A stretch of 64,000 bases of DNA. It comes from Malacoraja senta (taxonomy: Eukaryota). Made by a program: the position numbers and the translations under genes. The stretch is taken from NCBI GenBank assembly GCA_038087875.1, contig CM075979.1, positions 81,592,001-81,656,000 of the forward strand, read 5' to 3'. How positions within the stretch are numbered: the stretch's first letter is position 1; each line of letters opens with the position of its first letter. The notes under the pieces were generated by a model. That model ran no database searches and was not told the DNA's origin. It saw nothing but the letters and a program-made list of their open reading frames with translations. Shown here piece by piece: positions 23,448-35,585 of this stretch.

Positions 23448-23770
23448 CAGGGCGGCACGGTGGCACACGGTGGTAGAGTTGCTGCCTTACAGCGTTTACA
23501 GCGCTGGAGACCCGGGTTCGATCCCAACTATGAGTGCTGTCTGTACGGAGTTTATACGTTCTCCCCGTGACCGCATGGATTTTCTCCGAGATCTTCGGTT
23601 TCCTCCCACACGCCAAAGACGTACAGGTTTGTAGGTTAATTGGCTTTGTGTATGTGTAATTGTCCCTGGTGTGTATCATAGCGTTAATGTGCGGGGATCG
23701 CTGGCCGGCGTGAACTCGGTGGGCCAAAGAGCCTGTTTCCATGCTGTATCTCTTAACTAAACTAAACTAA
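23448..23770 (+). mobile_element. V-type SINE
   Basis: A/B boxes, core, (ACTAA)n tail. Confidence 0.88.
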
Positions 23771-23852
23771 TCTATTACACCCAGCTTTCACCTAGCCTCA
23801 TTTATCCAAATGAGTTCTATCTTCATTGAGGATAGCGAAGTTGATGGAGTTA

Positions 23853-24025
23853 CTTAGTTTAGTTTAGTTGATACAGCGTGGAAACAGGCCCTTCAGCCCA
23901 CCGCATCCACACCGACCAGCCATCACCCATACACTAGTTCTATCCTAGATACTCAGGACAATTTACAGAAGCCAATTAACGTAAAATCTGCACATCGTTG
24001 GGATGTGGGAGCAAACCGGAGCACG
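23853..24025 (-). mobile_element. V-type SINE 3' half
   Basis: SINE core and tail match. Confidence 0.78.
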
Positions 24026-24061
24026 TTGCAAACCTTCCACCCAGATGACAGTTTATGCTCT

Positions 24062-24260
24062 CATAGATTCATAGATAGACTCAGAGTGTCACAGCGTGGA
24101 AACATGCCCTTCGGCCCAACTTGCCCACACCAACCAACATGTCCCATCTGCCTTTGCCCTATATACCTCTAAACCTAACCTATCCATGTACCTGTCTAAA
24201 TGCTTCTTAAACGTTGCGATAGGACCGGCCCCAACTACCTGTTCCGGCAGCACTACAAGT
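24062..24260 (-). mobile_element. CR1 3' fragment
   Basis: FKKHLDRYMDR plus 3' UTR. Confidence 0.75.
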
Positions 24261-24494
24261 GCCCATCCATTGATCTCCAAGGAGTCTCTCAGAGAGGAGA
24301 AGAAGCTATGATGATCTCACCAGCGTGCACATGCGATGGATCATCCTCCCGAAGGATGTCACCATCAGGAACACCATCTTCCCAACTCTCCTTCCAGAAT
24401 TTCAATGCGTTTGTTCACTCTGCAACTGACCATAGGATGTTTACTTTAGATTAGGTGAGAGATACAGCGCTGAAACAAGCCCTTCAGCCCACTG

Positions 24495-24593
24495 GTAGAC
24501 ACAAAATGCTGGAGTAACTCAGCTGGACAGGCAGCATCGCTGGAGAGAATGAATGGGTGACGTTTCGGGTCAAGACCCTTCTTCAGACTCCTT
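24495..24593 (-). mobile_element. Penelope-derived terminal-repeat insertion with intact minimal hammerhead core
   Basis: Perfect 15-bp TSD CCCTTCAGCCCACTG (24480-24494 and 24594-24608); minus strand GTCTGAAGAAGGGTCTTGACCCGAAACGTCAC. Confidence 0.8.
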
Positions 24594-24689
24594 CCCTTCA
24601 GCCCACTGAGTCCACACCGACCAGTGAACCCTGTTCACTAACACTATCCTGCACACTATGGACAATTTACAATTCTTTCCGAAGGCAAT

Positions 24690-24755
24690 AGCCCCATAGC
24701 AGAAGCGTCCACGTCGCGGGGCTGGAAACTGGAAGTATCCTGAGCTAATTCTGCT
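24690..24755 (+). ncRNA. HDV-like ribozyme (predicted)
   Basis: AGCCCC AU AGCAGAA GCG UCCACGU CGC GGGGCU GG [19 nt] CUAA UUCUGCU: P1 6 bp, P2 7 bp, P3 3 bp, P1.1 CC/GG. Confidence 0.75.
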
Positions 24756-24885
24756 ACCACCATCATCTATTGCAACAAGTGATGGCTCCCACTGATTGTC
24801 GCCCGGATGCTTGTGTTCTTTTCAGGACGGACGATGACACGATGTCAACATTTGAAACATGGAAGATGGACACGAAAGAAGAAGA
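24690..24885 (+). mobile_element. Short non-autonomous Vingi/Ingi-like retroelement, family C, with 5' HDV-like ribozyme
   Basis: TSD CCGAAGGCAAT/CCAAAGGCAAT (24679-24689 and 24886-24896); tail GGACACGAAAGAAGAAG identical to the tail of 13746-13883. Confidence 0.8.
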
Positions 24886-25916
24886 CCAAAGGCAATTAAC
24901 CTACAAACCTGTACCTCTTTGGAGTGTGGGATTAAACCAGAGCACCCAGAGAAAACCCACGTGGTCAAGGGGAGAACGTACAAACTCCATACAGACAGCA
25001 CCCTTAAATCAGGATTGAAGGTAGACAAAAGTGCTGGAGAAACTCAGCGGGTGCAGCAGCATCTATGGAGCGAAGGAAATAGGCAACGTTTCAGGTTGAA
25101 CCCGGAACTCTGGTGCTATAAGGCAGCAACTCTACCGCTGCTCACGGTGCAGCCCATCATGTGGTAAGATCGGCAATTTCTAGTGTTTTCAGAGATAACA
25201 CTAGACTTGTCAACTGAACTGTGTCAGATCAGTTCTCAATGAAAATCCATCAGTTAGATTTCAACGTGCAGGTAACAGATATTAAAATCTCATTTTATAC
25301 AGGTTTGGCTGTTTGACTTCTAACAACAGTTTCCACGTTGGTTCTCGATTGGGCTACTAAATAATGATATAGAACTCTTAAATCAAACACATTTTGTTTG
25401 TAACACGTTGGACTTTAATTATTTTGTCACGTTACCTTGAATATTCTAAATTGTTCAAATGCTTCTCATCAGTCTGGGTCTCAAATTGCCGGTTTGAAAT
25501 AGAATCGTAAGAGACCTGGATACAAGAGATGTGCAAACCTACCAGTTGCCAATCATGTAGTTTTCTTAGCTTGGCAACTTGAAAAACATGATGAAGTATG
25601 AAGTAGCAAAATTTCTAATCGAAAGCATTGCGATCACAAAACAGGCTGCTGCATTGTAAAGTAAGTGGGTTGTCTGAAAATGTTGTGAAAAAATGTTTAA
25701 TAAGGCAGAAATCCCCTCTAAGTAATATGCAGCGCGGCAACATGCCTATTCTCAAAAATAACTTACATGTTTGACATATAACACCAATGATCTTCTCCAT
25801 GTGATACTGGTACCTGCCGACTTATTACCATTTATTACCTCAGAACATCATGGAAGCACTGTTTATTATTCACAATGCTGCAAAAAGAACCTTGTACGCT
25901 GGATAATAGATTAGCA

Positions 25917-26482
25917 AGACCTCCGGTACAGAGACCGGTCCTGTTGCTCAGAAGGGTAAGGAAAAGAAGAGGAGGGCATTAGTAATAGGGGACTCTATAG
26001 TTAGGGGGTCAGACAGGCGATTCTGTGGACGCAGTCGGGAGACCCGGATGGTAGTTTGCCTCCCTGGTGCCAGGGTCTGTGATGTGTCTCAACGTGTCCA
26101 AGATATCCTGAAAGGGGAGGGAGAGGAGCCCGAGGTCGTGGTACATATAGGTACCAATGACACAGGTAAAAAAAGAGAAGAGGTCCTGAAAGGAGAATTT
26201 AGGGAGTTAGGAGGGGAGTTAAAGAGAAGGACAGCAAAGGTAACAATCTCGGGATTACTGCCTGTGCCACGCGACAGTGAGAGTAGGAATGGAGCGAGGT
26301 GGAGGATAAATGCGTGGCTGAAGGACTGGTGCAGAGGGCAGGGATTCAAATTTCTGGATCATTGGGACCTCTTTTGTGGAAGGTGCGACCTGTACAAAAA
26401 GGATGGGTTGCACTTGAACCCGAGGGGGACCAATATCCTGGCGGGGAGATTTGCAAAGGCTACTGGGGAGACTTTAAACTAG
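25917..26482 (+). pseudogene. CR1 ORF1 C-terminal SGNH/GDSL esterase domain (5'-truncated)
   Basis: VIGDSIVRG...CLPGARV...VHIGTND...DGLHLN. Confidence 0.88.
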
Positions 26483-26779
26483 AACGGTTGGGGGGAGGGA
26501 CTCAAATAGAGAAAGCTATTAGACAGTGTGTGAGGCAGGAGGCAGAGAAGGGAAGCACTCAGACCCAACATGTAGGGGGGAAAAGAAGAAAACAAGAATA
26601 AACAGAGAATAAGAGGTGGTGGGGTTCTTAAATGGGTGAGCAGAGAAACAGAGGGGTGTAAAATGCGGGCGGAAGCAATAGGTAGCAAGGTGAAAAGTAA
26701 AAGTGGCAGGCAGACAAATCCAGTGCAAAAATTAAAAAGGGCCACTTTTCAACATAATTGTAAAAGGGGTAAGAGCATT

Positions 26780-29590
26780 GTAAAAACAAGCCTGAAGGCT
26801 TTGTGTCTCAATGCAAGGAGCATTCGCAATAAGGTGGATGAGTTGAACGTGCAGATAGCTATTAATGATTATGATATAGTTGGGATCACGGAGACATGGC
26901 TCCAGGGTGACCAAGGCTGGGAGCTGAACACCCAGGGATATTCAATATTCAGGAGGGATAGAGAGAAAGGAAAAGGAGGTGGGGTAGCGTTGCTGGTTAG
27001 AGAGGAGATTAACGCAGTGGAAAGGAAGGACATTAGCTTGGAGGATTGTGGAATCGGTATGGGTAGAGCTGCGAAACACTAAGGGGCAGAAAACGCTGGT
27101 GGGTGTTGTGTACAGGCCACCTAACAGTAGTAGTGAAGTTGGGGATGGCATCAAACAGGAAATTAGAAATGCGTGCAACAAAGGCAAAACAGTTATAATG
27201 GGTGACTTCAATCTACATATAGATTGGGTGAATCAAATTGGCAGGGGTGCTGAGGAAGAGGATTTCTTGGAATATATGCGGGATAGTTATCTAAACCAAC
27301 ATGTAGAGGAACCAACGAGAGAGCAGGCTATTCTAGACTGGGTATTGAGTAATGAGGAAGGGTTAGTTAGCAGTCTTGTTGTGCGTGCCCCCTTGGGCAA
27401 GAGTGACCATAATATGGTTGAGTTCTTCATTAGGATGGAGAGTGACATTGTTAATTCAGAAACAATGGTTCTGAACTTCAAGAAAGGTAACTTTGAGGGT
27501 AAGAGACGTGAATTGGCCAAGATTGACTGGCAATTAGTTCTAAAAGGGTTGACGGTGGATATGCAATGGAAGGCATTTAAAGACTGCATGGATGAACTAC
27601 AAAAATTGTTCATCCCAGTTTGGCAAAAGAATAAATCAGGGAAGGTAGTGCATCCGTGGATAACAAGGGAAATCAGGGATAGTATCAAAGCAAAAGATGA
27701 TGCGTACAAATCAGCCAGAAAAAGCAGCATACCAGAGGACTGGGAGAAATTCAGAGACCAGCAGAGGAGGACAAAGGGCTTAATTAGGAAAGGGAAAATA
27801 GATTATGAAAGAAAACTGGCAGGGAACATAAAAACTGACTGCAAAAGTTTTTATAGATATGTGAAGAGAAAGAGATTAGTTAAAACAAATGTAGGTCCCT
27901 TGCAGTCAGAAACAGGTGAATTGATCATGGGGAACAAGGATATGGTGGACCAATTGAATAACTACTTTGGTTCCGTCTTCACTAAGGAAGACATAAATAA
28001 TCTGCCGGAAATAGCAGGGGACCGTGGGTCAAAGGAGATGGAGGAACTGAGTGAAATCCAGGTTAGTCGGGAAGTGGTGTTGGGTAAATTGAATGGATTA
28101 AAGGCCGATAAATCACCAGGGCCAGATAGGCTGCATCCCAGAGTACTTAAAGAAGTAGCTCCAGAAATAGTGGATGCATTGGTGATAATTTTTCAAAACT
28201 CTTTAGATTCTGGAGTAGTTCCTGAGGATTGGAGGGTAGCAAACGTAACCCCACTTTTTAAGAAGGGAGGGAGAGAGAAAACGGGGAATTACAGACCAGT
28301 TAGTCCAACATCGGTAGTGGGGAAACTGCTAGTCAGTTATTAAAGATGGGATAGCAGCACATTTGGAAAGTGGTGAAATCATTGGACAAAGTCAGCATGG
28401 ATTTACGAAAGGTAAATCATGTCTGACGAATCTTATAGAATTTTTCGAGGATTTTTCGTGGATAGGGGAGAACCAGTGGATGTGTTGTATCTGGATTTTC
28501 AGAAGGCTTTCGACAAGGTCCCACGTAAGAGATTAATATACAAACTTAAAGCACACGGTATTGGGGGTTCAGTATTGATGTGGATAGAGAACTGGCTGGC
28601 AAACAGGAAGCAAAGAGTAGGAGTAAACGGGTCCTTTTCACAATGGCAGGCAGTGACTAGTGGGGTACCGCAAGGCTCAGTGCTGGGACCCCAGATATTT
28701 ACAATTTATATTAATGAACTGGATGAGGGAATTGAAGGCAACATCTCCAAGTTTGCGGATGAAACTAAGCTGGGGGGCAGTGTTAGCTGTGAGGAGGATG
28801 CTAGGAGACTGCAAGGTGACTTGGATAGGCTGGGTGAGTGGGCAAATGTTTGGCAGATGCAGTATAATGTGGATAAATGTGAGGTTATCCACTTTGGTGG
28901 CAAAAACAGGAAAGCAGACTATTATCTAAATGGTGGCCGATTAGGAAAAGGGGAGATGCAGCGAGACGTGGGTGTCATGGTACACCAGTCAATGAAAGTA
29001 GGCATGCAGGTGCAGCAGGCAGTGAAGAAAGTGAATGGTATGTTAGCTTTCATAGCAAAATGATTTGAGTATAGGAGCAGGGAGGTTCTACTGCAGTTGT
29101 ACAGGGTCTTGGTGAGACCACACCTGGAGTATTGCGTACAGTTTTGGTCTCCAAATCTGAGGAAGGACATTATAGCCATAGAGGGAGTGCAGAGAAGGTT
29201 CACCAGAGTGATTCCTGGGATGTCAGGACTTTCATATGAAGAAAGACTGGATAGACTTGGCTTATACTCGCTAGAATTTAGGAGATTGAGAGGGGATCTT
29301 ATAGAAACTTACAAAATTCTTATGGGGTTGGACAGGCTAGATGCAGGAAGATTGTTCCCGATGTTGGGGAAGTCCAGGACAAGGGGTCACAGCTTAAGGA
29401 TAAGGGGGAAATCCTTTAAGACCGAGATGAGGAAAAACTTTTTTCACACAGAGTGGTGAATCTCTGGAACTCTCTGCCACAGAGGGTAGTTGAGGCCAGT
29501 TCATTGGCTATACTTAAGAGGGAGTTAGATGTGGCCCTTGTGGCTAAAGGGATCAGGGGGTATGGAGAGAAGGCAGGTACGGGATACTGA
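26780..29590 (+). pseudogene. CR1 ORF2 (APE endonuclease plus RT), inactivated
   Basis: NARSIRNK, GITETWL, YRPP, MGDFN, SDHN, GVPQGSVLGP; FADE instead of FADD; several frameshifts and a TGA near 29061. Confidence 0.92.
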
Positions 29591-30024
29591 GTTGGATGAT
29601 CAGCCATGATCATATTGAATGGCGGTGCAGGCTCGAAGGGCCGAATGGCCTACTCCTGCACCTATTTTCTATGTATCTATGTATAAACCCACTCATAATA
29701 AGTAAAGTAAGTTTACAGTCTGCATCGAGGTCTGAGCAAAGTCATGCGACCATAACACGATTTTCAAGAATTATTGATTTATAATTTATGGTGAGCTGTA
29801 GTTTTATTATTTTTAATCTAAAAGAATTAATGTCATTTATCGTTATTTTTAATTCATCATACTGGTCTATTGGCAGAATAAAAATATTAACTGCATTTGT
29901 TTGACGGTATTAGGAGAATATTTTTTGATTGGAACTGCAGGGACAGGCCTTTGTTACACTCTTCATGTTTCCTGGTTGACTTGAACATCAGAAATATATC
30001 TTGCTGTTCTTGAAGGGGGTGTTT

Positions 30025-30335
30025 GAGTTTATTGATTGATTGATTGATTAATACTTTTTCATCGCATGTGACATGTCAGTGAAATTCTTTGTTTTGCGTA
30101 CCTTACACAAGGTATGCAAAGAGTCGCCATGTATAGGGCACCGACAAAGTTACAAAGTACTCATTTTAGTCCCCAATGGTCCATCTTTGTTCTCTCGGCA
30201 CCCCCCTCCACCCCCACGCCAGATCCTTCTTTGTTCGCGGCAACCCCCCCCCCCCCCCCCAAGCCGAGTCCCTTTATGGTCTTGGCCCCCCCCCCTCCCC
30301 CCCCCCCCATACCGGGTCCCTCTTTGTTCTCGGCG
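30025..30335 (-). repeat. LINE-type 3' UTR with (CAAT)n tail and C-rich about 40-bp minisatellite (30192-30334)
   Basis: About three units of ctttgttc.cggc-poly(C)-gccg.gtcc. Confidence 0.6.
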
Positions 30336-30629
30336 GATAAGAACATTCTGAAATTCAAGAGCCATATTAAATTGGTAGAATCTGAAAATTCAAAAATTCC
30401 ATAATGATCTCGATTAAAATGACATGAACAACACCCTGAATTTGCCCTGCCCTTTGGTACGTGCCATGTGACAAATCACAAGGGAAGACTTCATATGTTG
30501 GAAGGGGGGCCCCTGAGTCCAGGCGCAGTAATACTCTATACTATTCAGTTGGCAGGAACAGAGGTACTGAAAATAGGAGCAAATAACAATTGACGCACTT
30601 GATTAAAGAACTGTATATATGTAGTGGGA

Positions 30630-30830
30630 CGGATGTGGAGGCCAAGTCTTTGGGTATTTTTAAGGTGGAGATTGACAGATACTTGATTGGTCAAGGTGTC
30701 AAGGGTTATGGGGAGAAGGCAGGAGAATGGGGTTGAAAGGGAAAGATGGATCAGCCATGATTGAATGTTGGAGCAGACTCGATGGGCCGAATGGCCTACG
30801 CCTGCTCCTATGACTTACGAATTTATGATC
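30630..30830 (+). mobile_element. CR1 3' fragment
   Basis: CR1 3' UTR match. Confidence 0.78.
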
Positions 30831-31004
30831 TTATTCAGTCTCCTGAGTTTGAAATATCTTAACTTGCTTGTCTTCTCTCTCTCTCTGCGAGGATAAAGTA
30901 TAATCCATTGTGTTGTGAAGCATTATCAGTTTTGTCACCAATATGTGTATGGATAGAAATTGGAATTTTCCATTTGTAAATTGGATTTTTCCAATTTTCC
31001 ATTT

Positions 31005-31300
31005 GCACAGTTGCACAGCTGGTAGAGCTGCTGCCTCACGGTGCCAAAGACCCGGGTTCAATCCTTACCTCAGATGCTGTCTTTGTAGTGTACACATTCT
31101 CCCAGTGACTGCATGGGTTTCCTCCTGATGCTCTGGTTTCCTCCCACATCCCAAAGATGTGTGGGCTTCCCGGTGAATTGGCTTCTGCAAATTACCCCTG
31201 GTGTGTAGGGAGTGGATGCAAAAGTGGGATAACATGGAACGGGTAATCGATGGTCGGTATGGATTCGGTGGGCCGAAGGGCCTGTTTCCATCCTAAACTG
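31005..31300 (+). mobile_element. V-type SINE
   Basis: SINE consensus match. Confidence 0.82.
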
Positions 31301-32309
31301 AACTGGACATTGGCAATTTCAACTCTTTCCAAATGAAAGATATAGGAGTGGCCCAAAAAATGTCACCACAGATACCTGCACTCTCTTGCGAAGATATTCT
31401 TTTCTTTGCATTCCTTTAGTATTGTGCCCTGAACTATTCAAATTCATGAATATAAAACACAATGTCATCACGATATAGGTTATCCAGCAGCAATTTCTAG
31501 TAGCACCCTCCACAAACAACCATCCATTCCTATTTGAAGGAAGTTGGCCCATGTGGATACTGTAACACTGAAGTTAAATGTTTGCTGCAGCTACATGAAA
31601 GAATAGTGGAAAGTCATATTTAATTTTATGTCATGAATTTATCTAAAAACATTTTTTTGCAACTCCTTATGTAAAGTAAATATATGACCTTAAATGAGAT
31701 AGAATATTACATCCAATCCAGCTTTCGATATCTCGGTTTGTACTGCAATAAAGGACATGATATTGAGCATTATTGTGCGGAAAATGAAAATGAAAATATT
31801 ATTAAAAAATTGCATTCATAAATTTAGCCAAATAAATAAGCAATCTTAAAAATATATATTTCTTGAACATTTGGAATAACTAGTAAAATAATCTTTCATA
31901 TATGGTGGTGTATGTTTACAGGGAAGTAGTACGATATTTTATTTATTTATTTATTGAACTTAAATATATTTGCATTAAATGATATCACTGGGTAGTTTTT
32001 CCTCTGAGAGACATTACCAATATGATTGTGATCGCTATTAGAAATTATTATGAAATTATGAAATTTAGTTAAGTTAAATTATAAAAGTGTGTGAATGCCT
32101 TGCCCCATTATAAAGAGGGTGAAGGGGAATGGCGGCTGTGAACAATGGGTGAACTCACCTCTTATGCCTTCTGAAAGCACCCTAAAGTTCCGCGGTTGGC
32201 TCTGGAAACAAGACATGATGGTGTTGGCGCAGGGAAGCAGAGAGGTGGCTGCTGGAGGGGACGGATTGATGGCGAGGATGCAGTCATGGCGAGGTTAAGT
32301 ACAGAAGTT

Positions 32310-32878
32310 GAGAGGTCATGTTGCAGTTGTATAAGAGGTTGATGAGACTGCATTCAGAGTATTGTGTTCAGTTTTGGGCACCATGTTATCGGAAAGATGT
32401 TGTCAAGCTGGAAAGGGTACGGAGAAGATTTACGAGGATGTTGCCAGGACTAGAGGGGGTCTGAGCTACAGGGAGAGGTTGTCTAGGCTGGGACTCTATT
32501 CCATGGAGCGCAGGAGGATGAGGGGTGATTTTATAGAGGTCATGAGAGGAATAGATTGGGTAGTCTCTTGCCCAGAGTAGGTGAATCGAGGACCAGAGGA
32601 CATAGATTTAAGGTGAAGGGAAAAAAAATTAATAGGAATCTGAGGGGTAACCTTTTCACACAAAAGGGTGGTGGATGGATCGAGCAGCCAGAGGAGGTAG
32701 ATGAGCCTAGCACTATTCCAACATTTAAGAAACAGTTAGACAGGTACATGGATAGGACAAATTTGGAGGGATACAGGCCAAACGCAGGCAGGTGGGACTA
32801 GTGCAGCTGGGGCATGTTGGCCGGTGTGGGCAAGTTGGGCCAATGGGCCTGTTTTCACACTGTATCACTATGACTCTC
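32310..32878 (+). mobile_element. CR1 3' fragment
   Basis: EYCVQFWAP, LSYRERLSRLGLYS, SRTRGHRFKVKG plus UTR. Confidence 0.85.
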
Positions 32879-33029
32879 TGGTGTTGGTGGAGGCAGTGTT
32901 GGTGGAGCCCCTGAAACAACTGGGCGAGGGAGTGGATCAAGCAGCAGTAGCATAGAACAGCAGTGGAAGACATCACGCTGGACCGGGCAGATCCATCCTT
33001 CATAAACCCAGTGCTGCCAGGACTGGGCT

Positions 33030-33560
33030 TTCACGTCACCATATATACATCTTCCCATCCCCACCCCGTTCCGCTTTCCACAGAGGACATTCTCTCTGCA
33101 ACTCCTTGGTTCGCTAATCCCTTCTCATCCAACCCACCCCAGGCACTTTCCCTTGCAACAGTAGGAGATGTAACAACTGTCCTTGTGCCTCTCCTCTCAC
33201 TTCCATCCAGGGACTCCAATGGACCTTCCAGGTGAGACAGAAGTGCCCGTGTACCTCTTCTAACCTCATCTACTGCATCCTCCGCTCCTGATGTGGCCTT
33301 CAGTACAATCGAGAGACCAAGCATAGACCAAGGAACCATTTCACTAAACACATGCTCTGTCCACCAAGGTCTGCTGGATCTCTCGGTTGCTAACCATTTT
33401 AAGTCTGCTTCCCATTGCATACCAATTTTTCTGTCCTTGGTTTCTTCCCATTGCCAGAGTGTGGCCACACGCAAGCTAGGGAACTGCACTTTACATTCCA
33501 CTAGAATAGCTCACAACCTAGTGGTATTAAAATTGAATTCTCCAATTTCAAATAAATCCC
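33030..33560 (+). mobile_element. Degraded Penelope-like GIY-YIG region
   Basis: SNLIYCI..CGLQY..ETK..VANHF remnants homologous to 20633-20890. Confidence 0.65.
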
Positions 33561-34149
33561 ACTACCTTTCCCCTGTCTTCACCCTCAGGGAGAATGTACA
33601 AACTCCCCACAGACAGCACCCTTAGGATCAAACCCGTGTCTCTGACGCTCAAATCTATCGCTGCGCCACCGTGCCGCACATTAATGTTGTATTGATCAAT
33701 TCAATTATTAATCAATTGCATTATGTTATTTAATATATCATTAAATAATACTTTGCTGTGTTGTCAATGACCCCATCCCAATTGTGAGTCAGGCTGAATC
33801 ATAATATCTACATCCATAGCATTCTATCCGACCCCAAGCAGAATTTCTGACACCATCCCTTTCCCAAATGGAACAATTATTTTTATAATTCTGATCCTAC
33901 ATTGAACCACTTAACCTCTGAAAGCCTTATTCATTCTTGAGAGACCACTGGGGTTGACTATCTAAATCATCTCCTGAATGGTGGCCTCCCATCTTACTAC
34001 AAACATCAGACTCTGAACTCCGATGACCTTACGTCATGCATTCACTCACAGTTCCCTTTTGTGAGACAAACATTGATGGCCCAGTACCTAAAATTCAAAC
34101 ATTTCAAACTTTCTTGAAGTTTGTTTTTAATTCATCCTTCCGTAGGGCA

Positions 34150-34500
34150 GTCACGGTGGCACAAGGGCGGTCACAATGTCACAGCGGTAGAGTTGCTGCT
34201 TTACACCGAATGTAGCGCCGGAGACCCGGGTTCGATCCCGACTACGCATGCTGTCTGACTCTGTACGGAGATTGTACGTTCTCCCCGTGACCTGGGTGTG
34301 TTTTCTCCGAGATCTTCGGTTTCCTCCCACACTCCAAAAACGCACAGGTTTATAGGTTAATTGGCTTGGTAAATGTAAAAATTGTCCCTAGTGGGTGTAG
34401 GGTAGTGTTAATGTGCAGGGATCGCCGGTCGGCGCCGACCCGGTGGGCGGAAGTGCCTGTTCCCGTGCGTATCTCTAAACTAAACTAAACTAAACTAAAC
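34150..34500 (+). mobile_element. V-type SINE
   Basis: B box GGTTCGATCC, core, (ACTAA)n tail. Confidence 0.85.
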
Positions 34501-34574
34501 GTTTACATTCGTGGTTCAACGCTGCCCTCGGATGCTCTCTGTGTGGTGTTTGCAATTTCTGCCTGTGAATATTG

Positions 34575-35030
34575 TACCTCACCTTCCTGTTTCCACACTG
34601 ACCTTTCTGTCCTGGGCCACCTCCACTGTCAGAGTGAGGCCCAGCGCAAATTGGAGGAACAGCACCTCATGTTTCGCTGGAGCAGCTTACAACCCAGCGG
34701 TGTGATGTTGATTTCTCCAGTTTCAAGTAACCTGTGTTTTCCCACTCTCTCTCCATCCCTCCCGCACAATAGTCGTCCTGCTAGTTTCACTGTTGGTATC
34801 CCTTCGTTATCACCTCTTCCACAGCCAACAATGGACCATTGTGGGCTCCACCTTTGCTTTGGCAACAGTGCTGGCTCTGATTTGTTCTGTTCCTTTTCAT
34901 ACCTCTAGTTTCCCTCACCCCTGACTATCAGTCCGAAGAAGGGGTCTCGGCCTGAAACCACACCTATTCCTTCTATTCATCTCCAGAGGTGCTGCCTGAC
35001 TTGCCGAGTTACTCCAGCAATTTGTGTCTA
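34575..35030 (+). mobile_element. Penelope-like element 3' end
   Basis: HTDLSVLGHLHCQSEAQRKLEEQHLMFR..SLQPSG plus terminal repeat. Confidence 0.8.
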
Positions 35031-35239
35031 TCTCCCTGTGACAGTGTGGGTTTCGTTTGGTACATACTGCCCCTCTCAAGCTATATTTTTGGTGCAGGTG
35101 ACAGAACGTTCGGCCTCAAAGTACCCATCTACACTGATCCAACACTAATCCCAATTTATTCTCCCATCATTCCTCTCAACGTCCTCCCAGATTCAACCAA
35201 TCAACTACACACTAGTGGCAATTCACGAGCGGCTGATTG

Positions 35240-35585
35240 ATAGTCATAGAGTGATACAGCGTGGAAATAGGCCCTTCGGCCCAACTTGCTCACACCGGCC
35301 AACATGTCCTAGCTATACTAGTCCCACCTGCCCGTGTTTGGTCCATATCCCTCCAAATGTATCCCTATCCATGTACCTGTCGAACTGTTTCTTAAATGTT
35401 GGGATAGTCCCTGCCTCAACAATCTCCTCTGACAGCTTGTTCCATACACCCACCACCCTTTGTCTGAAAACGTTACCCCTCAGATTCCTATTAAATCTTT
35501 TCCCTTAAACTTATGTCCTCTGGTCCTCGATTCACCTACTCTGGGGAAGAGACTCTGTGCATCTACCTGATCTATTCCTCTGATC
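35240..35585 (-). mobile_element. CR1 3' fragment
   Basis: Reverse complement of the family at 7395-7752. Confidence 0.82.

Larger units (their letters stand above)
24440..25155 (-). mobile_element. V-type SINE carrying three nested insertions
   Basis: SINE pieces are collinear around insertions at 24495, 24690 and 25020. Confidence 0.8.
25917..29685 (+). mobile_element. Large CR1 LINE (partial ORF1, complete but disrupted ORF2, 3' UTR)
   Basis: SGNH ORF1, APE endonuclease and RT motifs, CR1 tail. Confidence 0.95.

Noticed and set aside
27048-28343. 431-aa ORF as a host gene or active retrotransposon
   Set aside because: It is a frameshift-bounded piece of CR1 ORF2; the element has stops, frameshifts and FADE at the catalytic motif.
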